Origin: Limnochordia bacterium
Lineage (GTDB): Bacteria > Bacillota > Limnochordia > DTU080
Direction: 5' to 3'
DNA length: 64,000 nucleotides
Assembly (NCBI GenBank): GCA_050951545.1
Contig: JBMNJG010000011.1
Span: 224,001-288,000 of the forward strand
The position numbers were made by a program, and so were the translations under genes. This document shows, piece by piece, positions 9,647 through 19,450 of this stretch. How positions within the stretch are numbered: position 1 is the stretch's first letter; every line of letters begins with the position of its first letter. The notes under the pieces are model-generated. The model was not told where the DNA came from. It searched no databases and saw only the letters and a list, made by a program, of their open reading frames with translations.

Positions 9647-12600
9647 ATGAACACAGGTTGTAGGGTTGATGTTACTCGCGCCTGGCATTGGATCACTTGC
9701 TGGGCCATGACAGGGTTACTGTTGGCTGTAGGTATGGCAGCCTATGGTGCTGGTATAGGTATGGAGGGTGGGCGGGTGGCTCTCGACCTCGGTCAGGTAG
9801 TACCGGGGCACCCAGTTATCTGGCCGGGATCCTCGCAACTGAGCGTCTTTGCCGACACGCCCTGGCATCTGTCAGTGCGGGCCGAGGCGGATCTTAGTGA
9901 TAGGGAGGGACGCTGCATTCCAGCGGACCGCTTGTCCTGGTCACTCGCTGACGATGCGGGCACCTGGAGTGCATGGCATCCTCTAAAGCTGCAAGAGCAG
10001 CAGGTGCTGGCCGACAAGCTGCCGACTGGAAGTGAGGGGCGGCAACTAGCTCTAGGGTATCGCTTCTGTGGCTCGTGGGATGATCCCTTGGGTGGGCCCT
10101 TCTCCACCACCATACAAGTTAGCCTAGTGGCAGGCATCGAACTGGTGCCAGCCTATGTGTGGCCTCAGCCCTATGTGGTTGGAGACGGGGCCCTTCGCAT
10201 TACCTATTGGGCGGGAGGGGTGGCAGGAACCCCTTCATTTCCAACCTGCCTGTTGATCAGGGACGCTCAAGGATTGCTGGTGGCGGAAATCAAAGGTAGC
10301 GCTACGCCGGAAACTTGGGTCTCTACCGAATGGTCAGGCCAGGCGAGTGATGGGCGAGCGGTTGCACCCGGGAGCTATGCCTACGCCGTGGTTGACGAGC
10401 GCGGGACGCCTTTGGCGCAGGGGTTACTGCAGGTCGTCGACTCCCTGGCCACAGGAATTCACGGTGAAGTCAGCGGCGAAGTATGGGCCGATGGGCAGCA
10501 AGTGGCAGGTGCTACAGTCATGTTACTCACTGGGGCTCGTCGGCTGATAGGCAGCACGGTCACTGACAGCGCTGGCGAGTTCGTCTTCGATGGTCTAGAG
10601 GCGGGAACCTATGTCCTCGAAGTCAGTTATCCAGGTTACTTGCCATGGACTGGAGAGTTGTTTAGGCTGGATACTACCAAACCTCGTCATCAAGAGGCCG
10701 TCTATCTGGAAGCTAACAACGCTCTTTTCGTCGTGGCTTCGGCCCATGCACTACGCGGCGAAACGGAGCCCACAGCACAGGACCCCCACAGGTTGGTTCC
10801 AGGCGAAGTGGTGCAGGTGCGGGGTCACGTATACAACAGCGGCACGCGGCACTTGCGGAATGTCGTGGTAAAGACGCACTGGCCAGGTTCCCTGCAGCCC
10901 TTGTCCGGAGATGGGGTTTCAGTTAGCCTGCTTCGCATACCTGAGCTGGCACCCGGTCAGAGCGTTAGCCTGCGTTTCGCCGCAGTCTGTGGCTGGGCTG
11001 CTACAGGTGCTTCCACAGACATCCAGACAATCGTGGTGCAGGCCCAGGCTTGGGCCGTGAGGGGCACCAATGACGATCTCGAGTTAGTGCAATCGCCGCC
11101 TCGCTGCCTTCCTGTTTCTGTTCGCAGTGACGAGTCGACGCCTGGCGGTTTCTTGGCCTTCTTTGCGTTTTGGGATAGCGACGGCAATGGCAGATTCTCG
11201 CCACAGGAGGCCCCCGCAGCAGGTGTGCGTCTACGCGTAGGCAAAGAGTTACCTACTACTACAGATCAAGACGGATGGCTTGTCCAGAGGGTTGTACCAG
11301 GGCCTGTAGCTGTCTACCAGCCTCGGGACGCAGAGGGAGCTTCAGAGCATCCGGTACTAGCGGCCACGGTGCGCTCAGGTGAGGTGCTGGTGTTTCAGCT
11401 TGCTCTGGCTTCCGATGGGATGATTAGCCTGGCGGATGGTCAGGCTAGTCAGGCGGTATTCGGCTGGAATCATTGGCAAGGCGGCCCGTCGTGGCAGGGA
11501 GCAGGCGATCTAGTTGTTGCCCAGGAGGATTGGTCGTGGAGATGGTCTTTGCCCACACGTGTGGAAGTGGTTCGCCATGGCGACCAAGATCAAGGTTTGT
11601 CGGAGCAACGCTGGTTGGTAGATGCTTCGATCTCTCGTCCACTGCTGGCCTGGAGCTATAGTATTGGTGGAGAGCCCGCACCCGGTGGGCGTTCCGACCG
11701 CCTGTCTTTCTCTAGCGCTCTGGGCCGACAGCCTGCGGTGTTTCGCAAGGAGTGGCCTGCTGAGGGCACAGGGCCATACCAGATTGGTGTGCCAGTCCAC
11801 GCAGTTCACGATGTGAAGATCACACACGGAACACAGGTGGTGAAATTGGGCGAGGCTGAGTACACCTGGGGTCCTGGGGGACAGCTCTGGCTAGCTCGGC
11901 CTCCACAAGCTTTGGTGGGGTACAAGCTGGAGGGGCCAGTGCTGATTGCGGCGGATTATGTCCCAGGCGACGCACAGGGTGAAGTGCTTGGGGTGCCGAT
12001 TCTGGGGATCGTCGCCCGCGGCAGACCGCGATGTGAAGGGCCGGGCTCTGAGCTTGTGGAGGAGTTTGGGCTGAACTGGAAGTTGCCTGATCCCTCTGCG
12101 GAGGGGCGACATCCTCTATGGCGGGTGAGTTGGGAGCGCCGACTACCAGATTGCCGCTTCTACTGGGAAGGAGGGAGTCTCGCCTCTCCGGGCGGGGATC
12201 CTGTAGGTGAGTTGATCGAGGCATTCGATTCGCCGAGGTTGCAGCCGCTACCTATGGCAGATTCCGAGTCAGTATGGCCCCCCTATGCGCGAGTTGAGCA
12301 GCAACAGCAAAGAGGTGCCTGGTTGGTGAGCACTCAGCACGAACGACGAAGCTTGCAGCGGAGGCAACAGGTGACGCTGAGTCGAAAGCTATCCACGGCT
12401 GTGATGGGCAGACTAGGCCTTCAGCTGACCCGGTGGGCGGAGCCGTCGGTAGGCGACGGGGGTCAAGCAAGTCTCGTGATGCAGGTGGGTCAACGCAGAG
12501 GTGACTGGCAGTGGTGCCTCAATCAGAGAGTGACGTTGCTGGAAGCGGGTTCATGCTTGCCCGAAGATGAAGCATACGATGAGAGATTCGGCGTGGATGG

Positions 12601-13369
12601 TGGATCACTGACGCTGAGCTATATGAATAGCACGGTGATTCGTCCACAGCTAGGTCTGCATGTGGATACGCGCAGCGGCAAGGCTAGGGCTGAGTTCGAT
12701 CAGGTGATGAGTCTAGGATCTGCGGTGCAAGCTAGCGTAGGTGGTATAACTCATCAAGGGGGGGTGGCTCCCCGCGCTCGACTCAAGTGGCGGCGGGTGG
12801 ATGTAGGGCTACGGACACTGCCTCAGGAACACGACCCGGGTATTCAAGTGGATGTAGCGACTGAGGGTCGTCGCTGGACTGCGACATGGCGCGGCGTCTA
12901 CGCACTGCCGCGCATGGTCCAGCAACTGCAGTTGTGCTATACCAAGTCACTTGGGGTAGGGAGTCTGCTGAGTGCGGTCCTGCGGAGCAAGGCTGCGCAA
13001 CCTGAGGGAACCCTGCTGTGGGAAGCCGATGCTGCCTGGAGCGGCGAGGTGGTGAGGCTGGGGGTTCCCTGGCAAGCGAGTCTGCAACTGCAGTGTTCAT
13101 ACAGCAGTTTGGGCTCTGAGGAGGCTTGGGCAAGCTACGCAGCGGCCGGTGGTAGCCTACGGCGCCTACTGAACGAGAGAACAGCCGTTGCTATCGGAGG
13201 CACGTGGCCTTATTTGGTTACCCACCACAAGGTTGAGCGAAAGAAAGAGTGTTGGGCAGCCTTCGAGCGGCGGTTGGGGGTATGGGATTCCCAGGCCCTA
13301 TGGGGTTCGTTGGAACTACGTTGTGGCGGAGGCCAGGTCCGTCCGGGCATCCATTTTGCCCTACGCTAG
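9647..13369 (+). CDS. Large secreted multidomain protein: pilin-like + FlgD-Ig + carboxypeptidase-regulatory + CARDB/DUF11 + SdrD-B-like modules + putative beta-barrel
   Basis: Signal peptide; WSGQASDGRAVAPGSY (FlgD-Ig); TDSAGEFVFDGLEAGTYVLEVSYPGY; PGEVVQ..VYNSG..LAPGQS; FWDSDGNGRFSPQE; C-terminal half rich in amphipathic aromatic strands. Confidence 0.55.
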   Translation: MNTGCRVDVTRAWHWITCWAMTGLLLAVGMAAYGAGIGMEGGRVALDLGQVVPGHPVIWPGSSQLSVFADTPWHLSVRAEADLSDREGRCIPADRLSWSLADDAGTWSAWHPLKLQEQQVLADKLPTGSEGRQLALGYRFCGSWDDPLGGPFSTTIQVSLVAGIELVPAYVWPQPYVVGDGALRITYWAGGVAGTPSFPTCLLIRDAQGLLVAEIKGSATPETWVSTEWSGQASDGRAVAPGSYAYAVVDERGTPLAQGLLQVVDSLATGIHGEVSGEVWADGQQVAGATVMLLTGARRLIGSTVTDSAGEFVFDGLEAGTYVLEVSYPGYLPWTGELFRLDTTKPRHQEAVYLEANNALFVVASAHALRGETEPTAQDPHRLVPGEVVQVRGHVYNSGTRHLRNVVVKTHWPGSLQPLSGDGVSVSLLRIPELAPGQSVSLRFAAVCGWAATGASTDIQTIVVQAQAWAVRGTNDDLELVQSPPRCLPVSVRSDESTPGGFLAFFAFWDSDGNGRFSPQEAPAAGVRLRVGKELPTTTDQDGWLVQRVVPGPVAVYQPRDAEGASEHPVLAATVRSGEVLVFQLALASDGMISLADGQASQAVFGWNHWQGGPSWQGAGDLVVAQEDWSWRWSLPTRVEVVRHGDQDQGLSEQRWLVDASISRPLLAWSYSIGGEPAPGGRSDRLSFSSALGRQPAVFRKEWPAEGTGPYQIGVPVHAVHDVKITHGTQVVKLGEAEYTWGPGGQLWLARPPQALVGYKLEGPVLIAADYVPGDAQGEVLGVPILGIVARGRPRCEGPGSELVEEFGLNWKLPDPSAEGRHPLWRVSWERRLPDCRFYWEGGSLASPGGDPVGELIEAFDSPRLQPLPMADSESVWPPYARVEQQQQRGAWLVSTQHERRSLQRRQQVTLSRKLSTAVMGRLGLQLTRWAEPSVGDGGQASLVMQVGQRRGDWQWCLNQRVTLLEAGSCLPEDEAYDERFGVDGGSLTLSYMNSTVIRPQLGLHVDTRSGKARAEFDQVMSLGSAVQASVGGITHQGGVAPRARLKWRRVDVGLRTLPQEHDPGIQVDVATEGRRWTATWRGVYALPRMVQQLQLCYTKSLGVGSLLSAVLRSKAAQPEGTLLWEADAAWSGEVVRLGVPWQASLQLQCSYSSLGSEEAWASYAAAGGSLRRLLNERTAVAIGGTWPYLVTHHKVERKKECWAAFERRLGVWDSQALWGSLELRCGGGQVRPGIHFALR

Positions 13370-13454
13370 CACGTACTGTTTGTTGTCAGGCAAAGGGGTT
13401 AGCGAGATACTGGGGAATTCCATGCAGTGATAACCAACTCTTAGAGCGGGGTGT

Positions 13455-14414
13455 ATGGTTTTGTCTCAGATACGGTTAGGTGTAGTAGGCCTGGGTTCGA
13501 TGGGACGTCGCCACCTCGAAACGCTTGCTCGCCTTCAAGTGGGGAAGCTCTCGGCGGTCGCCACCCGGAGTGCAGATAAACGGGCTGCTGCAAGTGTCGA
13601 GTTCGGAGTAGCAGCTGTAGCAGACTATCGCGAACTGGATGAGCAAGTGGATGCAGTCGTAGTAAGCGTGCCTACTGTACTGCACGCTGAGGTCGCCACC
13701 TTCTTCTTAGAGCGTGGCGTGCACGTGTTGGTAGAAAAGCCTATAGCCGCGACCCTCGATGAGGCAAGGGAGCTTATCGACACGGCAAAGCGATCGGGTG
13801 CCCTATTGATGGTGGGACATATCGAGCGTTTCAACCCTGCTTACCTGTGTTTACAGGAGTTATTGCAGGCGCGTGGGGGTATCCAGGCCCTTACTGGCAA
13901 CGTGGTGATCCAGGCTTTCCGCATGGGGCCCTTTGACGGGCGAATCCAGGACGTAGGTGTCGAGCATGATCTCATGATCCACGATGTCGACGCTATCAGT
14001 GGGTTGCTGCCCGGTGCCCAACTTGAGTTGCGTAGTGCTCTTGGGATGCGGGTTATCACATCCCAGACCGACGTAGCTCTCGCTCAGCTAGACGCGGACT
14101 TTCGAGGCCGAAGCGGGCCCAAGGTAAAGGCTCAGATTTTGGCCAGCCGAGTGGCTGACGCCAAACGGCGTAGTTTGCGTATAGAGCATCCACGACTGCG
14201 AGTTGACCTAGACTTCATGAACCAGACGCTTCACGTATCGGAGCGGGATGGTGATCTGCAACCCATCGAAGTGCAGAAAGCCTTTCCCCTGGACGCCGAA
14301 CTGCGCCACTTCGTCGATTGTGTAAGAAGGCGAGCTGTGCCTTCCGTCGATGGCCATGACGGTCTGCGTGCTCTGGAGATCTGCACGGCCATTCACGGCC
14401 GTGTGCTCATATGA
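13455..14414 (+). CDS. Gfo/Idh/MocA-family oxidoreductase
   Basis: GVVGLGSMG, HVLVEKP, VGHIERFNPA, DLMIHD. Confidence 0.9.
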   Translation: MVLSQIRLGVVGLGSMGRRHLETLARLQVGKLSAVATRSADKRAAASVEFGVAAVADYRELDEQVDAVVVSVPTVLHAEVATFFLERGVHVLVEKPIAATLDEARELIDTAKRSGALLMVGHIERFNPAYLCLQELLQARGGIQALTGNVVIQAFRMGPFDGRIQDVGVEHDLMIHDVDAISGLLPGAQLELRSALGMRVITSQTDVALAQLDADFRGRSGPKVKAQILASRVADAKRRSLRIEHPRLRVDLDFMNQTLHVSERDGDLQPIEVQKAFPLDAELRHFVDCVRRRAVPSVDGHDGLRALEICTAIHGRVLI

Positions 14415-14426
14415 GAGGAGATACTC

Positions 14427-15212
14427 ATGCAGCGACAAGCGGAGATAGGGGTCTTTGGAGGCTCAGGCTTCTATGAGCTCGGCACGGATGTAGATGAGTT
14501 GTGGGTAGAGACGCCTTACGGGGCTCCCAGTGATCGAATCGCTCTTACCACGATAGCTGGTCGTCGGGTGGCGTTTCTGCCGCGTCATGGCAAAGACCAC
14601 CGCTTCCCCCCAAGCAAGATCAACTACCGGGCTAACCTGTGGGCGATGCATTCGCTCGGAGTGACGCGCATCATCGGACCCTGTGCTGCAGGGAGTTTGC
14701 AGAAGCAGATAGCACCTGGTGATTTTGTGGTCGTGGATCAGTTTGTTAACCGCACGTGGGGCAGGCAAGATACGTTTTTTGAAGGGCCCATTACCAAGCA
14801 CATCAGTGCTGCAGATCCTTACTGTCCTGAGTTGCGTCGTCTAGCCAGGGCTGCTTGCCAAGCGGAGGGCATAACGGTCCATGAGAAAGGTACGGTGGTA
14901 GTGATACAAGGCCCGCGCTTTTCTACTCGGGCTGAAAGCCGGGAGTTTCAGAGTCACGGCTGGGAAGTCGTGAATATGACACAGTATCCGGAGGGGCATC
15001 TCGCGCGTGAGCTCGAAATCTGCTATGTGAATATCGCTCTGATAACCGACTACGATGCCGGCCTGGAGGACGATCCAACCGTAAAACCGGTAAGCCACGA
15101 AGAGGTGTTGCGTGTCTTCTCGCAAAATAACGAGAAGCTGAGAAATGTGCTACTAAGGCTCATCGAGTCCATTCCATTCGAGCGCTCGGCGTGTTGCTGT
15201 GCAGAGAGTTAG
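14427..15212 (+). CDS. mtnP: S-methyl-5'-thioadenosine phosphorylase
   Basis: IGVFGGSG, FLPRHG, QGPRFSTRAES, VNMT, TDYD. Confidence 0.92.
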   Translation: MQRQAEIGVFGGSGFYELGTDVDELWVETPYGAPSDRIALTTIAGRRVAFLPRHGKDHRFPPSKINYRANLWAMHSLGVTRIIGPCAAGSLQKQIAPGDFVVVDQFVNRTWGRQDTFFEGPITKHISAADPYCPELRRLARAACQAEGITVHEKGTVVVIQGPRFSTRAESREFQSHGWEVVNMTQYPEGHLARELEICYVNIALITDYDAGLEDDPTVKPVSHEEVLRVFSQNNEKLRNVLLRLIESIPFERSACCCAES

Positions 15213-15259
15213 GCAGTGCTCAAGCTTGGAGCTGTCAGTGCGCGATGGGGTGTGAGTGT

Positions 15260-15661
15260 ATGCCACGTTCATTTTGGCAGTCATGGCGAGCAAGGATTGC
15301 TCTAGTCCTTCCCTTGCTCTACATGGGAGTCATCTTCTACCTGTCGGCGCAACAGAGTCTCTCTCTACCTATTCGAGTGTGGGACAAGTCTCTTCACGCT
15401 GTGGAGTACTTTGCATTGTCGTTCCTCCTGTTTGGCTCTTTCTTCTACGGCCTGGAGCAGTCTGCTCGGCGCTCAGCTTACTTCGCTATCGCTGTTTGTC
15501 TCCTGTATGGGCTGATCGATGAGCTCCATCAAGCCTTTGTGCCAAGACGTGACTGTTCCGCACTTGACTTTCTGGCAGACGCTGTTGGGGCAATAGCCGC
15601 CCAGGTGGTCATCGCGCTAGGGCGAGCGTTGTGGGCGCGGGGACGCAGGCGGTACCCATGA
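15260..15661 (+). CDS. VanZ-family membrane protein
   Basis: DKSLHAVEY and IDELHQAFVPRRDCSALDFLAD. Confidence 0.88.
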   Translation: MPRSFWQSWRARIALVLPLLYMGVIFYLSAQQSLSLPIRVWDKSLHAVEYFALSFLLFGSFFYGLEQSARRSAYFAIAVCLLYGLIDELHQAFVPRRDCSALDFLADAVGAIAAQVVIALGRALWARGRRRYP

Positions 15662-17448
15662 GCCGGTTTGTGGGTTGGACGGTCAGAGGGGTTGCTGTCG
15701 GTGTTCTAGTTGGTATCCTATCCTTTGCTGGTCTGTTTGAGGGCTGCGAAAGACGTACCCTAGATGCACGCACAGCTTTCTGCGGTCGTTTCTTCCCCGA
15801 CCGGGGGGAGTTGCCCATAGCTGTGGTGGCCATCGACGAGCAGGCGTTAGCTCAGTCCGGCCGTTGGCCATGGCGACGGGCAACCCTGGCCTCGCTTGTG
15901 CAGCGTGTGTTTGCTGAAGGGGCAGCGGTGGTAGCTGTGGATTTGCTGTTTTCGGAGCCTAGCACTGGCGATACTCAGCTGGCAGAAGCCCTATCGCTTG
16001 GCCCTAGTGTACTGGCAGTCTACGGTGAGGGCGACCGACAGGCGCGCCCTGTGCCTCCTCTGGCCGCCGTGGCCCAAGCGGGACATGTGGAAATGTATGT
16101 GGATGCTGATGCGGTGGCGCGCTCTGTGCCTCTTGAGCGCGGTGGCACTCTGCCCTTCGGTGTGGTCGCTGCTCGTCGGTGGAGTGGGAAGTCAGGGTAT
16201 CTCGGTCCGCCGGGGCAACCTTTGTGGCTTGACGTGAGGCTGCGTGAAGCGTCTAGAAGGCTCCACCTGGCGGCGCTCACGCCAACTGTGTCTGCAGCCG
16301 ATGTCATGGACGGGAGTGTTCCAGAAGGTCTATTGGCGGGGAAGCTGGTGTTCATTGGGTTGGCAGCGGCTGGCACAGTCGGGCTTGATGCTCATATCAC
16401 TCCCTTGCGCTATATGGGTCCTATTCCTGGAGTGTATGTCCAAGCAGCCCTCGCCCGCGCTGAGCTGGCCAATCGTCACCCGCTTCGTTCAGGGGTGTTG
16501 TTGTCAGCTCTCGTCATAGTGATTGTGGGGTTAACGACTGGCGCAGCTCTGGGACTAGGGGGTGCTGAACCGACGGGACTACGTGTCTATGGGTGGTTGG
16601 CGCAGGTGCTACCAGTAGTGACCGCCTACGGTGCAGTGACCCTGCTGCTGTGGGGGCGATGGGCTCTATGGTTGCCCTGGATCGGGCCCGTACTGACCTC
16701 AAGCGCCCTGACAGGCTGGGCAGGTTTGGAGCGAGGACTGCTGCACGAACAAGAAAGACGACATCTACGCCGTTTGTTTGCCCGGTATCTCTCTCCTGCT
16801 GCTTTGCCAGAGCTTCTGGCTCGCAAGGATGAGTTGGGCCTGGCTGGCGTAGAGCGCCAGGTGGCCGTAGTCTTTGCTGATATTCGGGGTTTCACGGCTT
16901 TGGCCGAGCAGCTGACGCCTGTAGAGCTGATGGAGTTGGTCAACTTGTACCTGGAGACGTTAGCCCGTACGGTGCGTGAACACGGTGGTATGGTGGACAA
17001 GTACCTCGGAGATGGGCTCATGGCAGTCTTTGGTGCACCCTTGGCGTTGGCTCATCCCGCTGAAGCCGCTGTGGAGTGCGCCGTATGCATGCACGCTGCG
17101 GTAGCTCAGCTGCAGCCGCCTCCAGGCTTGCCTGCTTTCTCAGGTATCGGTGTCGGCGTACATTTCGGAGAAGCCGTGCTGGGGACTATTGGTGGAGCAG
17201 AGCGCCTCGAGTATACTGCCCTTGGTGACGTTGTGAACGTGGCTTCCAGGCTGGAGGAACTAGCTGATCTGGGCTCGGTTGTGTTCACGGAAGCGGTCAC
17301 TGATGGATTGTCGGAGGACAGTTGGCTTCGCAAGGCCACCCGAGAGGTGGGTTGTGTGGATGTGAGAGGAAAGAGCGCGCCGCTCAAGGTGTATCGGCTA
17401 GCAGTAGGGCCTGCAGGCAATGGTACGGGTGAGCCACGTGCCACGTAG
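15658..17448 (+). CDS. CHASE2-domain class III adenylate cyclase
   Basis: CHASE2 motifs (VAIDE..GRWPWRR, DLLFSE, PGVYVQA), three TM helices, cyclase motifs FADIRGFT, DKYLGDG, EYTALGDVVNVASRLE; ATGA overlap with vanZ. Confidence 0.92.
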   Translation: MSRFVGWTVRGVAVGVLVGILSFAGLFEGCERRTLDARTAFCGRFFPDRGELPIAVVAIDEQALAQSGRWPWRRATLASLVQRVFAEGAAVVAVDLLFSEPSTGDTQLAEALSLGPSVLAVYGEGDRQARPVPPLAAVAQAGHVEMYVDADAVARSVPLERGGTLPFGVVAARRWSGKSGYLGPPGQPLWLDVRLREASRRLHLAALTPTVSAADVMDGSVPEGLLAGKLVFIGLAAAGTVGLDAHITPLRYMGPIPGVYVQAALARAELANRHPLRSGVLLSALVIVIVGLTTGAALGLGGAEPTGLRVYGWLAQVLPVVTAYGAVTLLLWGRWALWLPWIGPVLTSSALTGWAGLERGLLHEQERRHLRRLFARYLSPAALPELLARKDELGLAGVERQVAVVFADIRGFTALAEQLTPVELMELVNLYLETLARTVREHGGMVDKYLGDGLMAVFGAPLALAHPAEAAVECAVCMHAAVAQLQPPPGLPAFSGIGVGVHFGEAVLGTIGGAERLEYTALGDVVNVASRLEELADLGSVVFTEAVTDGLSEDSWLRKATREVGCVDVRGKSAPLKVYRLAVGPAGNGTGEPRAT

Positions 17449-17495
17449 GCGCATGTTCTGGTTCGCCCTAGAAGACTGGCAGGTGGAGGACGGAT

Positions 17496-18620
17496 ATGCT
17501 GGCGAGGTTAGATAGCGACCATCAAAGATCCGTGTTTTTCGTCCTGGCGATAGCAGGATGTCTACTGGCATTGGCACTGTTAGTGATAGGCGCGGCGATG
17601 GGCCGGGCCCGTTCAGTTCCTTCGGAGGCAAGGGTACGCGTGGTCGCCATCAGTGGCGACGTGCGGGCTCGCACTGCTTCTTTTCTGCCGCGGCGTTGGC
17701 GTTCGTTAGCCGAACATGATCGGCTCTCTCCAAATGCTCACGTTGTAACTGGGTTAGAGGCAGCGGTGGAGCTTGAGCTGGGGAGCGGCGCACGGGTACG
17801 TTTGGGTCCCCAAAGTGCGGTGATCGTACGGAGCATGGGGGAGGGCGATTCTGGGGAACCAGCGTTGCGGGTGAGTTCCGGCACCGTGCTGGTGCATGTG
17901 CTTCGCGATCTCATGCGCGGCAGGCACTTCGCCGTGGAAACGCCTACTGCAGTGGCAGGGGTGCGAGGCACCATCTTTGACGTGCGTGTTACGCCTGAGC
18001 ACACCGCGATCTCTGTCTGGGAGGGTGTCGTGGAGGTAATGGCTCGTGCCAGCACGGAAGCAGTGCTTGTATCTGCGGGTGAAGAGGCAGTGGTGGACGT
18101 TAGCGCCAAGGCTGAGGTGCGCAAAGAGCCAGTGAGCATCAAGCAGCTGTGGGCACCACGTCAGGATTGGCTGAAGACGCAGAGCCTCTGGGAGAAAGAG
18201 CAGACAGGCGAAGACCATAGCCAGCCGCAGCAGAGCCTGGAGTCGCCAGGCCAAGAGGAACCCGAGAGCGCACGTGTACCCGATCCACAACCAGGGCGAG
18301 ACCTGAAGCCCAGGGCGGAACGACAACCTGAAGTCCAACCCGAGCCCGAACAGGAACCAGAGACCGAACCCGAACCCAAGGATCCTGGGTCAGGGAAACA
18401 GCCACCTGCTGGGTCTATACGCCGGCCAAATTATGGTGCGACGCCGAAGCCGAGATCTCATGTGAGGCTGGCGCCGCCTGCGAGAGACAGTGGCGGGCAT
18501 CCTGGGGTGGCCCGCGGCCTCGATTGGACCCATAAAGAGTCGAGAGGGAACTCGACCAGGGAGGAACAGAAGGGCCTGGCAATAGGCAGGGGGAATGGGC
18601 CTGGCAAGCGTCACAAATGA
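17496..18620 (+). CDS. FecR-domain protein with Pro/Glu-rich C-terminal tail
   Basis: TM anchor; FAVETPTAVAGVRGTIF and SVWEGVVEV (FecR domain); EP-repeat linker. Confidence 0.85.
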   Translation: MLARLDSDHQRSVFFVLAIAGCLLALALLVIGAAMGRARSVPSEARVRVVAISGDVRARTASFLPRRWRSLAEHDRLSPNAHVVTGLEAAVELELGSGARVRLGPQSAVIVRSMGEGDSGEPALRVSSGTVLVHVLRDLMRGRHFAVETPTAVAGVRGTIFDVRVTPEHTAISVWEGVVEVMARASTEAVLVSAGEEAVVDVSAKAEVRKEPVSIKQLWAPRQDWLKTQSLWEKEQTGEDHSQPQQSLESPGQEEPESARVPDPQPGRDLKPRAERQPEVQPEPEQEPETEPEPKDPGSGKQPPAGSIRRPNYGATPKPRSHVRLAPPARDSGGHPGVARGLDWTHKESRGNSTREEQKGLAIGRGNGPGKRHK

Positions 18621-18748
18621 GCCTGAAAAGGCAGCGTTGATCGAGGCAGGAGCCGACCCGTCGGAAGGCGAAGAGGATACTGTTGGTTGTCACCAGTAAC
18701 GTCGGAACTGCCTTGGCGCAGAAACGCCTGAAAACGGGGGGAAATGGC

Positions 18749-19450
18749 ATGATGAGTTCACCAGAGATGCTGCGGCGCATCCCCCTGTTCGCCGATCTCC
18801 ATGAGAAAGATCTGCAGATGATGTATCGTCTGGCCTCGTCACAGCGATTTCCTCGTGGCGCTACTATTTTCTTTGAGGAGGACCCTGGCGACGCCCTGTA
18901 CATTGTGCTCCAGGGTATGGTGCGCATTTACAGGGTGGCTGATGACGGGCGGGAAAAGACCCTCACCTTCTTAGAGGAGGGCGAGTTTTTTGGAGAGATG
19001 GCCCTACTCGACGGGGGACGTCGTTCGGCGATCGCTGAGGCATTGGAGGAGACGCGTACGCTTGTGATATTGCGTGCCGACTTCACCCGATTACTCTTGG
19101 AGCGTCCAGATATTGCCATGGAAGTCATCACAGTTCTCAGTCAGCGCTTGCGCCAAACGAACGCTCAGCTGATGGAGTCCATCTTCTGTGATACCCGGCA
19201 AAGAGTGGCTATTGCTTTGATCGACTTGGCTTCCAGGCATGGGCTTCCCTCGTCTGGCGGCATATCGATTGCGCTGAAGCTTACTCACCAGGAATTGGCC
19301 CACATGGTGGGTGCTGCCAGAGAGACTGTCAGCCGAGTCTTGGCCAGTCTCCAAGAGGAGGGGTTGTTGCTGACTGACGGGCGCCGACTCGTCGTAGTAG
19401 ACATGAAGGGATTGGCTCAGTTGGGCGGGTCAGCGGCTCCTGGTGAGTAG
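18749..19450 (+). CDS. Crp/Fnr-family cAMP-binding transcriptional regulator
   Basis: Phosphate-binding cassette FFGEMALLDGGRRSA; HTH LTHQELAHMVGAARETVSR. Confidence 0.92.
   Translation: MMSSPEMLRRIPLFADLHEKDLQMMYRLASSQRFPRGATIFFEEDPGDALYIVLQGMVRIYRVADDGREKTLTFLEEGEFFGEMALLDGGRRSAIAEALEETRTLVILRADFTRLLLERPDIAMEVITVLSQRLRQTNAQLMESIFCDTRQRVAIALIDLASRHGLPSSGGISIALKLTHQELAHMVGAARETVSRVLASLQEEGLLLTDGRRLVVVDMKGLAQLGGSAAPGE

Noticed and set aside
18290-18385. Short repeats as a CRISPR array or VNTR
   Set aside because: They are degenerate codon-level EP repeats inside the FecR ORF, with no constant repeat-spacer structure.
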